From: Bacillota bacterium
GTDB lineage: Bacteria > Bacillota > Limnochordia > Darwinibacteriales > Darwinibacteriaceae
Assembly: GCA_012518645.1 (NCBI GenBank)
Contig: JAAYRS010000107.1
Coordinates: 1-52,754 of the forward strand
Direction of reading: 5' to 3'
DNA length: 52,754 nucleotides
This document shows, piece by piece, positions 7,465-16,803 of the stretch (position 1 is the stretch's first letter; the number at the start of each line of letters is the position of its first letter). A program made the translations under genes and the position numbers. The notes below the pieces were generated by a model. That model was given only the letters and a program-made list of their open reading frames with translations, had not been told where the DNA came from and ran no database searches.

Positions 7465-8885
7465 ACCAGGAAATGGTCCCTAATTTGGCCGATTTTGGCC
7501 CCTAAACCAGCCCTAATCCTTTGACTGTATGTCGCCGGACATTTGGGATTAATATGCCTTACCAAAGAAAGATCAGGGCTTACCAGTTTAGTAATTCCTC
7601 CCCCTCCCAAAGCAATAATTGTCTGCCTCTCTTCCATCATTTGCACATTATAGATTGATTGAGAACCGGGTAAAGAATACCCCACATTCTCCAAATCAGC
7701 CAACGTATGCCGCTGCCTATACAAATAATAAGGGTCCATCCCCCACTTAGCAGCATATTCTGCGGCTAAAAAGGCCATCTCCGCACCTGTTTCTTGGGCG
7801 ATTTGTACTTCGGCCTCTTCCTTTTTTAAGCGGGAGGCCCTTTTTACCGCCAAGCCGTGTACGGTCAAGCTATCGGGCCTTAATGCTTCGATCTGCCGTA
7901 AAGTGTCTTCCACATCGCTGACGCTTTCCCCGGGCAACCCCAAAATAATGTCCGTGTTAATCAGAGGAATTCCTATCGTTCTCGCCAGCCGGTAAGCTCT
8001 TTTGATTTCCTCAATGCCGTGCCCCCGCCCGATAACCTGCAGGGTCCGCTCTTGCATAGTTTGGGGATTAATACTAATCCGATCCGTTCCAAACTCTTGA
8101 AGGATGCTTAAGGTTGCCCCGGATAATGTGTCCGGCCGGCCGGCTTCCACCGTCATTTCTTTAGTTGCTGGAGTTGTTAGATACTGGCGGACCAGGCTGA
8201 GCAGCTTTACAAGTTTTTTCCCCTGTACCGTTGTGGGGGTGCCTCCTCCTAGGTAAATTGCCTCCACATCTATTTTAAGTTCCTTCAAAAGCCCGCCCAC
8301 AGCTTTAATTTCTTGGCAGAGCACTTCAAAAAAACCATCAAATAAGTGGCCGTGGCTTGCTAAAGGGTAGGATGCAAAAGAACAGTAACTACAGCGTGTA
8401 GGGCAAAAAGGGATACCCACATAGACGCTTACAGGTTGGTTTGGATTAGGATGAAAGAAGGAGCGCTGCTGGGCAGCGACCGTTAAAAGCAGTTCAATTT
8501 TCTCCGGAGCCGCGGCGTAAACGTTGGCAAGCACCTTTCTCAGTTCGGATTGGGAAAAACCCCTATCCAACATGGAGTGCACCATTTTGGTAGGGCGAAC
8601 CCCCATCAAAAGGCCCCAAGGTCGGGGAGCTAAGCTATAGGCCTCTTCTAAAACACGCAGGACCCCCAAGCGCACCCTTTCCCTTAGCCGCCGTTTGCGA
8701 TCGGCTTCGCCGTATCTGGGATCCAAGATTTCCTGATCTAAAAAAGCCCAGGGTTCAACACCGGGAAGGCTAACTTTAATCCGGATTCCTCCCTCATAAA
8801 CTGCCTTCACTGCTAAGGGCAGCCCTGAGCCAAAGCGCACATTAGGCAGCACAGAACGAATGATAGCCTTAATGCTGGGGACCAA
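7461..8885 (-). CDS. hemZ: Radical-SAM coproporphyrinogen-dehydrogenase-family protein (HemZ-like)
   Basis: 474 aa with the radical SAM cluster motif GIPFCPTRCSYCSF, the HemN-like GGGTP motif and a long HemZ-type N-terminal extension (GVRPTK). The start is uncertain (see findings). Confidence 0.7.
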   Translation of the reverse strand: MVPSIKAIIRSVLPNVRFGSGLPLAVKAVYEGGIRIKVSLPGVEPWAFLDQEILDPRYGEADRKRRLRERVRLGVLRVLEEAYSLAPRPWGLLMGVRPTKMVHSMLDRGFSQSELRKVLANVYAAAPEKIELLLTVAAQQRSFFHPNPNQPVSVYVGIPFCPTRCSYCSFASYPLASHGHLFDGFFEVLCQEIKAVGGLLKELKIDVEAIYLGGGTPTTVQGKKLVKLLSLVRQYLTTPATKEMTVEAGRPDTLSGATLSILQEFGTDRISINPQTMQERTLQVIGRGHGIEEIKRAYRLARTIGIPLINTDIILGLPGESVSDVEDTLRQIEALRPDSLTVHGLAVKRASRLKKEEAEVQIAQETGAEMAFLAAEYAAKWGMDPYYLYRQRHTLADLENVGYSLPGSQSIYNVQMMEERQTIIALGGGGITKLVSPDLSLVRHINPKCPATYSQRIRAGLGAKIGQIRDHFLV

Positions 8886-8956
8886 CTCAGGGGGGGCCAG
8901 AATCCGAAAATTTTCTGCTCCGAAATGATAAGGAATAGCTATAATCCCACTCCTTC

Positions 8957-9565
8957 CTAAAGAAAAGGATTTTTCTTGATTTCTTCTTCAATAGTAGTTG
9001 CTTCTCCGTGCCCGGGGTATACCTTGGTTTCTAAAGGCAAGCGGCCCAATTTCAACACACTTTCTTGCAAGGCCCGGCGATCCCCTCCCGGCAGATCCCA
9101 GCGGCCAACAGACGATTTAAACAAAGTATCTCCACTAAAAAGAATTCCTTTTGAATACAAAGAAACACTGCCGGGGCTATGGCCGGGGGTATGCAGAATT
9201 TGGAAAACGGTGGCTCCCACTTTAAATTCGTCCCGATCTTTCAAAAGACGATCAGGAACAACATGGGGAAATTCCTGCCTTAAAAAGGGCGCCAAATTCA
9301 AGTTGGGATCCCCAAGAAAAGCGGCGTCCGCTTCGTGGATCCACAAGGGGGCCTTGGTTTTGTTTATAAACCAAGAGTTTCCCCCGATATGATCAGCATG
9401 CCCGTGGGTGTTAATAATTGCCTTAATTTCCAGCTGCCGGCGGCGGATGAACTCTAACACTTCAGGGGCCGCTTTCCCCGGATCTATAATCAGGCCCTCT
9501 TTTCCCTCAAAGACAAGATAACAATTTACAGCCGGAAGATCAATTGCAAAGCGCTTGACCTCCAT
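8957..9565 (-). CDS. MBL-fold metallo-hydrolase (glyoxalase II-like)
   Basis: 202 aa with the HGHADHIGG metal-binding motif and downstream H/D ligands (TPGHSPGS, GD). Confidence 0.85.
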   Translation of the reverse strand: MEVKRFAIDLPAVNCYLVFEGKEGLIIDPGKAAPEVLEFIRRRQLEIKAIINTHGHADHIGGNSWFINKTKAPLWIHEADAAFLGDPNLNLAPFLRQEFPHVVPDRLLKDRDEFKVGATVFQILHTPGHSPGSVSLYSKGILFSGDTLFKSSVGRWDLPGGDRRALQESVLKLGRLPLETKVYPGHGEATTIEEEIKKNPFL

Positions 9566-10014
9566 TAAAACTCTCCTTCCGAACTAAGCAAAACTGTGAC
9601 AGGCCCATCGTTGACCAAACCTATTTCCATATGGGCCTGAAAAACACCTTCCCCTACCTCCAGTCCTTGGGCCCGAAGGTGGGACAAGAATTCCAGATAT
9701 AGTTCTTGGGCCAACTGCGGCGTCGCCGCTTCGCTAAAACTAGGGCGCCTTCCCCGGCGGCAATCAGCATATAATGTGAATTGGGAAACCGCCAAGATTG
9801 CCCTGCTGGTATCTTTTAGGCTTAAATTCATTTTTCCGTCCCCATCGGCGAAAATACGTAAATTAGCTATCTTCTCCGCCAAATAGCGCCCGTCATCGCT
9901 TCGATCATCGTGGCCGATGCCTAAAAAGACGAGCAGGCCCGGCCCGATCTGGGAAACGAAATTACCGTCTACCTTAACACTGGCTTCCTTAACTCTTTGA
10001 ACCACCGCACGCAC
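9565..10014 (-). CDS. dtd: D-aminoacyl-tRNA deacylase
   Basis: 149 aa with the N-terminal (M)RAVVQRV and SQFTLYAD motifs and the C-terminal NDGPVT motif. GTG start. Its stop overlaps the next start by 1 nt (TAATG). Confidence 0.9.
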   Translation of the reverse strand: MRAVVQRVKEASVKVDGNFVSQIGPGLLVFLGIGHDDRSDDGRYLAEKIANLRIFADGDGKMNLSLKDTSRAILAVSQFTLYADCRRGRRPSFSEAATPQLAQELYLEFLSHLRAQGLEVGEGVFQAHMEIGLVNDGPVTVLLSSEGEF

Positions 10015-10038
10015 CGATTATCATCCTTGCTTTTTGTT

Positions 10039-12171
10039 TTAAGTGGGGTTAGCCCGATAAACACTGAGCACCCCGTTTACCTGCTGTAAAGTTTGCATGA
10101 CGTGGCTGAGATGTTCCACATCCCGGATTTCTAAAACCAGCTGAACAGTAGCGGACTCGTGCTTGACTGTGCGGGCATTGATAGCTTCCACCACCGTCCT
10201 GCTGGCAGAAAGGGAGTTCATAATGCTGGTCAGTAAATTAGGCCTGTCTAATGCTTCGATCTCTACCTCCACCGGATAGGAATCTGCCTCAGTTGCATTC
10301 CAGACAACTTCTATCTGCCGGCCCGGCTCTTTGATTAAGTTAGCCACGTTGGGGCAATCGGCCCGATGTACGGATATTCCCCGGCCCCGGGTAATGTAAC
10401 CGATAATCTCGTCACCGGGTACAGGGTTGCAGCACTTTGAAAAGCGGACTAAAATGTTATCAATTCCCTTTACTGTAACACCGCGGGCAGTATCACTGCG
10501 CCGTTTGCGGCGCTTGGGCAAGCGAGCCCGCTCCGGTTCCCGGCCAGTTAACTTTTGAACCACTTGGTTGGCATTAATTCGTCCCGAACCCACACTGGAA
10601 AGAAGCTCTTCGGGGCTGCTCACTCCGTATTTTTTTGCAGTTTTCTCCAGATCATCTTCCTGCATTACTGTCCGAGGATCAATATTGAATTTTTTTAACT
10701 CCCGTTCTAACAAATCTCGGCCCCGGCTAAGGTTCTCTTCCCGTTGTTCTTCTTTAAGCCACGAACGAATCCGGCTCCGGGCTTTCGAGGTTTTCACGAA
10801 ATTAAGCCAATCCCTGGTAGGGTTGGCATTTTTACTGGTTAAGATTTCCACGAAATCACCGTTTTTAAGAACGTGATTTAAAGGCACCAGCCTTCCGTTT
10901 ACTTTTGCCCCCAGGCAGCCCAACCCCACATCCGTGTGAACGTCGAAAGCGAAATCAACGGGTGTGGCCCCGTTGGGAAGGGATTTCACATCGCCTTTTG
11001 GTGTAAACACAAAAACTTCATCTTCGAAAAGATCAATTTTGAGTGTGTCCATAAATTCCTGGGGATCTTTCATCTCCTGGAGCCACTCCACTGCCTCCCG
11101 CAGCCACCCCACTTTTGCTTCTTCGCTAAGTCTTTTGCTTTGGCCCTCTTTGTACATCCAGTGAGCGGCTACACCCTTTTCAGCAATGCGATGCATTTCC
11201 CAAGTCCGAATCTGAATTTCGTAAGGCTCTCCGTGCGGAACCATAACAGTGGTGTGCAGAGATTGGTACATGTTTAGTTTAGGGACGGCAATATAGTCCT
11301 TAAATCGTCCCGGAATCGGTTTCCACAAAGCGTGGATCACCCCTAAAACTGCATAACATTCTCTTACGCTGTCCACAATAATTCGGATTGCCATCAAATC
11401 ATAAATCTCATCAAGGTTTTTTTCTTGTCTCTTCATCTTCTGATAAATACTATAAAGGTGCTTGGGACGCCCCTGGATATCACAAACCATTTCTACCTCT
11501 GCCAGGCGTTTCATAATAATGTCCATTACTTCCTGCAGATCGCCTTCCCGTTCCTGGCGCTTTTTATCGATCTCTCCGACCAACTGATAATACTCTTTAG
11601 GGCGGAGATGGCGAAAAGCAAGATCTTCCATTTCAAATTTAATCTTCCAAATCCCCAGGCGGTGGGCTAGGGGCGCAAAAATATCGAGGGTTTCCTGGGA
11701 AATCAAACGCTGTTTCTCTGGAGAAATGTGCCTTAAGGTCCGCATATTGTGCAGGCGATCAGCCAGCTTAATTAAAATAACCCGCACATCTTCGGCCATG
11801 GCAAAAATCATTTTCCTCATGTTCTCCGCTTGATGTTCAAACCTATCCCTAAAGGGCAGTTTATCGAGTTTTGTCACACCTTCCACCAGCATGAGAACCA
11901 CTGGGCCGAATTCCGCCTCCAGCTCCTCCCTGGTCACAGAGGTATCCTCTAAAACATCGTGCAAAAAACCCGCTACAATAGTTTCCATATCCAGTTCCAG
12001 ATCTGCTAAAATTAAAGCAACCTCGTAGGGGTGTTCGAAGTACAGTGCGCCTGATTCCCGCAGCTGGCCTTGGTGGGCGCGCCGAGAAAAATGGTAGGCT
12101 TTGGTAATAGCATCTACATTAGCCTTAGGATAATAGGCTAAAATACGATCTGTTAAAAATTGCAAGTCCAC
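10039..12171 (-). CDS. relA: Bifunctional (p)ppGpp synthetase/hydrolase (RelA/SpoT homolog)
   Basis: 710 aa with the HD hydrolase domain (HDVLEDT), synthetase domain (YQSLHTTV), and TGS and ACT C-terminal domains. GTG start follows AAGGAGGG. Confidence 0.95.
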   Translation of the reverse strand: MDLQFLTDRILAYYPKANVDAITKAYHFSRRAHQGQLRESGALYFEHPYEVALILADLELDMETIVAGFLHDVLEDTSVTREELEAEFGPVVLMLVEGVTKLDKLPFRDRFEHQAENMRKMIFAMAEDVRVILIKLADRLHNMRTLRHISPEKQRLISQETLDIFAPLAHRLGIWKIKFEMEDLAFRHLRPKEYYQLVGEIDKKRQEREGDLQEVMDIIMKRLAEVEMVCDIQGRPKHLYSIYQKMKRQEKNLDEIYDLMAIRIIVDSVRECYAVLGVIHALWKPIPGRFKDYIAVPKLNMYQSLHTTVMVPHGEPYEIQIRTWEMHRIAEKGVAAHWMYKEGQSKRLSEEAKVGWLREAVEWLQEMKDPQEFMDTLKIDLFEDEVFVFTPKGDVKSLPNGATPVDFAFDVHTDVGLGCLGAKVNGRLVPLNHVLKNGDFVEILTSKNANPTRDWLNFVKTSKARSRIRSWLKEEQREENLSRGRDLLERELKKFNIDPRTVMQEDDLEKTAKKYGVSSPEELLSSVGSGRINANQVVQKLTGREPERARLPKRRKRRSDTARGVTVKGIDNILVRFSKCCNPVPGDEIIGYITRGRGISVHRADCPNVANLIKEPGRQIEVVWNATEADSYPVEVEIEALDRPNLLTSIMNSLSASRTVVEAINARTVKHESATVQLVLEIRDVEHLSHVMQTLQQVNGVLSVYRANPT

Positions 12172-12187
12172 GGCGCACCCTCCTTAA

Positions 12188-12706
12188 TTATTGATCATAT
12201 TTCACCAGAGAAAAGATGTGGTAATCACCTAAGCGATCCCGGCCCCGGAGATAACAAAGCTCGATTAAAAAGGCTAACCCCTCTATTTCCCCTCCCAGTT
12301 TGCGGATAAGTTCCGTAGCGGCCCAAATAGTGCCGCCTGTAGCCAATAAATCATCTACAACCAGTACCTTCGTGCCGGCGGGAAAAGAATCGGTGTGGAT
12401 TTCCAGACAGTCTGTACCATATTCCAAATCATATTCCACAGCTAAAATTTCACCGGGAAGTTTGCCGGGTTTACGGATTAAAGTAAACCCAAGCCCCATT
12501 TCATAAGCTAAAGGGGCCCCCAGAATAAACCCGCGGGATTCAACACCAATAATCATGTCAATCTCCTGAGTACTAAAATGATCCGCAAATTTCAATATCG
12601 TTTCTCGTAAAGCTGCCCCGTCTTTTAACAGAGTGGTAATGTCTTTGAAACTAACACCCTGTTTCGGAAAATCCGGAATTACCCTAATTTTCTCTCGTAA
12701 GTCCAT
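12188..12706 (-). CDS. apt: Adenine phosphoribosyltransferase
   Basis: 172 aa with the PRPP-binding loop VLVVDDLLATGGT and the typical Apt N-terminus (IRVIPDFPKQGVSFKDIT). Confidence 0.95.
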   Translation of the reverse strand: MDLREKIRVIPDFPKQGVSFKDITTLLKDGAALRETILKFADHFSTQEIDMIIGVESRGFILGAPLAYEMGLGFTLIRKPGKLPGEILAVEYDLEYGTDCLEIHTDSFPAGTKVLVVDDLLATGGTIWAATELIRKLGGEIEGLAFLIELCYLRGRDRLGDYHIFSLVKYDQ

Positions 12707-15230
12707 CCTGGAAAAATCCCCTTTCCAAACAATGCTTCAAATACTCGGAAGATTGTTCGCGCATGATTGTGCCTTTATTATACAAAACTGTTCTCTGCAA
12801 GTCTAGTTTTTCCGCTGGAATCGGCTGATAGATGATATAATCCCCCTCTTTTCGCCATAGTTCCGTTTCGGAAAAAACACCAAGGGCAAACGGCAGTGCT
12901 GCCGGGAAGCCCATTTTCTCCAATTGGGCCTGGGCCGCCTCAAGCTTTACGTTAGGGCCTAAACTTCTTAACCGGGAATAAATTCGGGCTAAGCCCTCCC
13001 GGTTTGGGTAGATTGACTTTAAAAAAGATTGCTGTTCGCGCAAATCCCGGGGCCCGTAAGCTAGAACCAATTTACCCTTTTCTTCCACAAAAGACGACCA
13101 AACCTTAAAATTACAATCGTTAAACGGCGCCTTCCAAAACCAAACAGAGGGCCACCTTCCCCCCAGGCGGCCGTAGCCGGAGGAAACAAGCCACCTAAAG
13201 CTGTTACTCTCCATCTCCGTTCTTTCTTCGGCAGTAAGTAATTCGTGCTCAAAACCTATAAATTCCCGCCCCCCGGGGATAAGGATCCTCAGCATCCGGC
13301 AAAGCTCTAAAACCTCAGCCGGAGAGTTAACTAAAATCAAAGTCCTTTCTTGGCTGCTGGCCCTCTCTTGAAGTATTTCGATCTTATTCCAGCTGCCCCG
13401 CAAATCTTGCCAATCAAATTCCCTATTCTTTTTAGAAGGCTTGTTATACTTTGTTAGGGCCCTGCTTAGAAAAAAGGGCGGAGAAAGCTTCCAAGGGTAA
13501 TTATCCATCATCCATTTTTCAACATAGTCCGCGGCCCGAGGGCCCCGTTTCCAAGCCTTAATCTGCAGCTGCACCTTTTTTTGATTCTGCCAGTAGTTAA
13601 ATCGGGGGACAAAAGCAATGCTGATATTCTCGGAAAATCGCTTCAATTCTCCTTGTTCAGCACCAAAGTCAAAGCCGACAGCGGGAATAGCTGTGCCTGT
13701 CGCATCCTGCAAAACGCACTGCAAATGACGGTTCTTTTGCCCAACCGTTCTAGCCTTTTGCACCGCTCCTTGAACATATAAGGTTGGCCCGGGGTTTCCA
13801 ATGCCGTGAGGTTCCAGGCGGCCCAATTCAGACACAAGCGCCTCGGTAATCTCGTTCAGTTTGACCTCCCCATCGATTTTTAGTTTGGGGGTAAAATCCT
13901 CGCTGCTTAGCTTTTCTGCACAGGACTTTAAAAACCGTTTTTGAAAGAGTCTTAAATTCTTCCTACTTATTTGCAGCCCCGCCGCCATAGGATGGCCCCC
14001 AAATTTAATCAGCAGTTCTTGGCAGGATGCCAAGCCGGAGTAAAGATCAAAGCCCTCAATACTGCGGGCGGAACCTGTCCCAATCCCTTCCTTTAAGCCG
14101 ATCACCACCGTAGGGCGGTAATAACGATCAACCAGGCGCGAGGCCACAATCCCGATAACTCCCGGATGCCAATTTTCGCCCCAAATTACAATGCCTGCTT
14201 CTGCTGCAAGCCCGTATTTTTCCACAACAGCGATTGCCTCGGCTAAGATCTTCCTTTCCAAATCTTGGCGCAGCCTATTGGTCCGCTCCAGCTTTAAAGC
14301 CAAATCATCGGCTTCTTCTTTTGCTGTTGCTAAAAGGAGTTTTACGCCTTCCCCGGGGTCTGCCAGCCTCCCCGCTGCGTTAAGCCTGGGCCCTAAGTGA
14401 AAACCCAAATGCCCGCTGCTGGGTTGATCCACTTTTGAAACTTCCAAAAGAGCCTTTAAACCCGGGTGTTTTGTCTTAACCATCTGCTTTAACCCGTGTT
14501 TAACCCAAATCCTGTTTTCTCCCCGCAGGGGAACTAGATCAGCAACAGTGCCCAAAGCAACCAGATCCAAATAGCCAAAAAGGTCCTTTTTGTTCAAGCC
14601 CAGTCCCTGCACCAATTTGTAAACTACGCCCACCCCTGCTAAATTTTTATCCGGATAGGGACAATTAGATTGCCTAGGGTTAAGTACAGCTAAAGCGGGG
14701 GGTAAAACGGGTCCCGGTTGGTGATGGTCTGTAATAATGATCTCCAAGCCCAATTGCAAAGCAGAGGTTACTTCGGCCACGGAAGAAATGCCGCAGTCCA
14801 CGGTAATTAGCAAAGAGGCTGTGCCGGCCAATTTTTTTATAGCGTCTAGATGCAAACCGTAACCTTCTTCCAAACGGTCCGGCAAATAATAGCTGATTAG
14901 ATCGGGGGATTTCGCCATTTGCCTTAAGACACTTACCAAAAGAGCGGTGGCTGTTTGCCCATCAACATCATAGTCTCCGTAAATGACAATACCTTCCCCT
15001 TTTTCTAAGGCGGTTTTAATCCGCTCCACTGCCTTCTTCATCCCCCGCATTAGAAACGGGCTGGGGGTATCCTCCCAAGGACTTTCCAGAAATTCAAGAG
15101 CCTCCCGGCTTGTCTTAAGGCCGCGGTTGATTAAGATCTGACTGACCAAGGGGCTTAGCCCTAATTTTTCTCCCAGTTCCAAAGCCAAGCTTTTATCTTG
15201 AGGGTATGTAATCCATTTGCAGCTACTCAT
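12684..15230 (-). CDS. recJ: Single-stranded-DNA-specific exonuclease RecJ
   Basis: 848 aa with DHH motifs (YGDYDVDGQT, TVDCGISS, ITDHH), the DHHA1 motif (GGHPMAAG) and the long Firmicute-type C-terminal extension. Confidence 0.9.
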   Translation of the reverse strand: MSSCKWITYPQDKSLALELGEKLGLSPLVSQILINRGLKTSREALEFLESPWEDTPSPFLMRGMKKAVERIKTALEKGEGIVIYGDYDVDGQTATALLVSVLRQMAKSPDLISYYLPDRLEEGYGLHLDAIKKLAGTASLLITVDCGISSVAEVTSALQLGLEIIITDHHQPGPVLPPALAVLNPRQSNCPYPDKNLAGVGVVYKLVQGLGLNKKDLFGYLDLVALGTVADLVPLRGENRIWVKHGLKQMVKTKHPGLKALLEVSKVDQPSSGHLGFHLGPRLNAAGRLADPGEGVKLLLATAKEEADDLALKLERTNRLRQDLERKILAEAIAVVEKYGLAAEAGIVIWGENWHPGVIGIVASRLVDRYYRPTVVIGLKEGIGTGSARSIEGFDLYSGLASCQELLIKFGGHPMAAGLQISRKNLRLFQKRFLKSCAEKLSSEDFTPKLKIDGEVKLNEITEALVSELGRLEPHGIGNPGPTLYVQGAVQKARTVGQKNRHLQCVLQDATGTAIPAVGFDFGAEQGELKRFSENISIAFVPRFNYWQNQKKVQLQIKAWKRGPRAADYVEKWMMDNYPWKLSPPFFLSRALTKYNKPSKKNREFDWQDLRGSWNKIEILQERASSQERTLILVNSPAEVLELCRMLRILIPGGREFIGFEHELLTAEERTEMESNSFRWLVSSGYGRLGGRWPSVWFWKAPFNDCNFKVWSSFVEEKGKLVLAYGPRDLREQQSFLKSIYPNREGLARIYSRLRSLGPNVKLEAAQAQLEKMGFPAALPFALGVFSETELWRKEGDYIIYQPIPAEKLDLQRTVLYNKGTIMREQSSEYLKHCLERGFFQDGLTREN

Positions 15231-15283
15231 AACCTTTCCTCCGTCGGAACTAACTTCTACCCCGGTGAAGTAAAACCCTGCTC

Positions 15284-15312
15284 TTGACCTTTAGGCCCGG
15301 CAATAGTATTAT
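15284..15312 (+). promoter_or_regulatory. SigA-type promoter for hpt
   Basis: TTGACC (15284..15289), a 17-nt spacer, then TATTAT (15307..15312), about 25 nt upstream of the GTG start. Confidence 0.5.
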
Positions 15313-15336
15313 TAAAAAAAACTAGGGAGTGAAGCC

Positions 15337-15879
15337 GTGGATATTGTTGAACACATTTTATTAAGCGAAGAAACGCTTCAAAGTAGAATACGCGAATTAG
15401 CAGCAGCAGTTTCCCGAGATTACGGCGATGAGACCATCGCGCTGATCTGCATTTTAAAAGGCGGGCTAATGTTTCTATGCGATTTAGCCAAACACATTAC
15501 CTCACCGGTTACTTACGATTTCATGTCTGTTTCCAGCTACGGGGATGCTACTCAATCGTCGGGGGTTGTGCGCATTACCAAAGACCTAGAGGAGAGTATT
15601 GAGGGTAAACACGTCTTGATTGTAGAAGACATTATCGATACTGGCTTAACTTTAAGCTACCTGCTCAAGAATTTAGAGAGCCGCAATCCAGCATCTTTAA
15701 AGATCTGCACTTTATTAGATAAACCCGCTAATCGCCAAGTGGAAATACCCGTTGATTACGTAGGTTTTGAGGTTCCGAACGAATTTTTGGTAGGTTACGG
15801 ATTAGATTTTAAACAGCTTTACCGCAATATTCCCTATGTTTTCGTCGCTAAATCCCATTATTACCAGAAGGATAACTAA
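15337..15879 (+). CDS. hpt: Hypoxanthine(-guanine) phosphoribosyltransferase
   Basis: 180 aa with the PRPP loop VLIVEDIIDTGLT and the typical Hpt C-terminus (VGYGLDF...YRNIPY). GTG start lies 7 nt after AGGGAG. Confidence 0.9.
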   Translation: MDIVEHILLSEETLQSRIRELAAAVSRDYGDETIALICILKGGLMFLCDLAKHITSPVTYDFMSVSSYGDATQSSGVVRITKDLEESIEGKHVLIVEDIIDTGLTLSYLLKNLESRNPASLKICTLLDKPANRQVEIPVDYVGFEVPNEFLVGYGLDFKQLYRNIPYVFVAKSHYYQKDN

Positions 15880-15893
15880 TTAAAAACCGGCTG

Positions 15894-15930
15894 GAAACTG
15901 GCGATGGCTTTTACTGCCGCCGCCAGTTTC
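15894..15930. terminator. Long imperfect hairpin between the convergent hpt and secF genes (possible bidirectional terminator)
   Basis: GAAACTGGCGATGGC-TTTTACT-GCCGCCGCCAGTTTC forms about 15 bp with 2 mismatches. No clean U-tract follows on either strand; on the minus strand a T5 run begins 7 nt after the stem. Confidence 0.35.
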
Positions 15931-15933
15931 GAT

Positions 15934-16803
15934 CTAATCCTCCTTTTGACGCATTTGAACCCAAGTTAACCAAAGCGGGCCGGCCAACATGAGGGATGAG
16001 TAGGTACCGAACACAATTCCAATTAAAAGGGCGAAGGCAAAATCCCTTATTGCACTGCTTCCAAAGACAACTAGCATAAAAACAACGATAAAAGTAGTTA
16101 CACTAGTATTTATTGTTCGGCTGAGACTTTGCTGCAAACTGTTATTGACAATTTCAGCATAGCTTTCTTTTTTTCTAAAGCGGAGGTTTTCCCGAATCCG
16201 ATCAAAAATAACGATGGTATCGTTAATGGAGTAGCCCAACACGGTAAGCACTGCCGCAACAAAAGGGCTATTAATTTCCCGCCCCGTAAGGGCGAAAATT
16301 CCCAAGACAATCAAGACATCGTGGAGTAAAGCCACTACCGCCACGGTCGCAAAGCGGTATTCAAAGCGAACAGTAATATAAATTAAAATCCCCAGGGAAG
16401 CTACTACAACAGCTAATAAAGCTTTCCGGATTAGCTCCTGCCCAATTACGGGTCCAACTAAGTCAGTCCTTAGTTCTACCAATTCCCCGAATTCTTTTTC
16501 AAAGGCTTGGTCAATCAACAAAATTTCGGCGTTATCCAACTCCTTAGTCCGCACCACAAACTGGTTGGGGCTATCCAACAGCTGCACCGCGGCCCCGGAG
16601 AGATCAACCTGGGGTACTGCTTCATCAAGAACCTTCCGGACTTGGCTGGTAGTAACAACATCTTCCACCTGACGCTCTAAAATAGTCCCGCCCGTGAAAT
16701 CCACCCCCAAGTTTAGGCCGGGCACCACTAAGAATAAAATTGAGAGAGCAACTGCAAAACTGGAAAACACAAATGACGATTTGCTGAAACGAAGAAGATT
16801 CAT
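15934..16803 (-). CDS. secF: Protein translocase subunit SecF
   Basis: 289 aa with the SecF motif GLNLGVDFTGGT and a six-TM RND-like core. Overlaps the secD stop by 4 nt. Confidence 0.9.
   Translation of the reverse strand: MNLLRFSKSSFVFSSFAVALSILFLVVPGLNLGVDFTGGTILERQVEDVVTTSQVRKVLDEAVPQVDLSGAAVQLLDSPNQFVVRTKELDNAEILLIDQAFEKEFGELVELRTDLVGPVIGQELIRKALLAVVVASLGILIYITVRFEYRFATVAVVALLHDVLIVLGIFALTGREINSPFVAAVLTVLGYSINDTIVIFDRIRENLRFRKKESYAEIVNNSLQQSLSRTINTSVTTFIVVFMLVVFGSSAIRDFAFALLIGIVFGTYSSLMLAGPLWLTWVQMRQKED

Noticed and set aside
8976-9392. 138-aa plus-strand ORF inside the MBL hydrolase gene. Similar antisense ORFs lie at 28540..28944, 31950..32363, 37469..37846, 35535..35855, 36419..36739 and 42573..42929.
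   Set aside because: All are fully embedded antisense to confidently identified genes, are Arg/Ser/Pro-biased, and lack SD sequences. I treated them as shadow ORFs.
12684-12706. 23-nt overlap between the recJ 3' end and the apt start
   Set aside because: Both genes have intact conserved termini, and the ATG gives the canonical Apt N-terminus. Overlap of this size is ordinary operon packing, not a recoding signal.
13061-13837. Short same-strand alternate-frame ORFs (13061..13252, 13643..13837) and plus-strand ORFs inside recJ
   Set aside because: They are embedded in the continuous 848-aa RecJ frame, and there is no sign of a frameshift or pseudogenisation because the DHH and DHHA1 motifs are intact. 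I consider them spurious.
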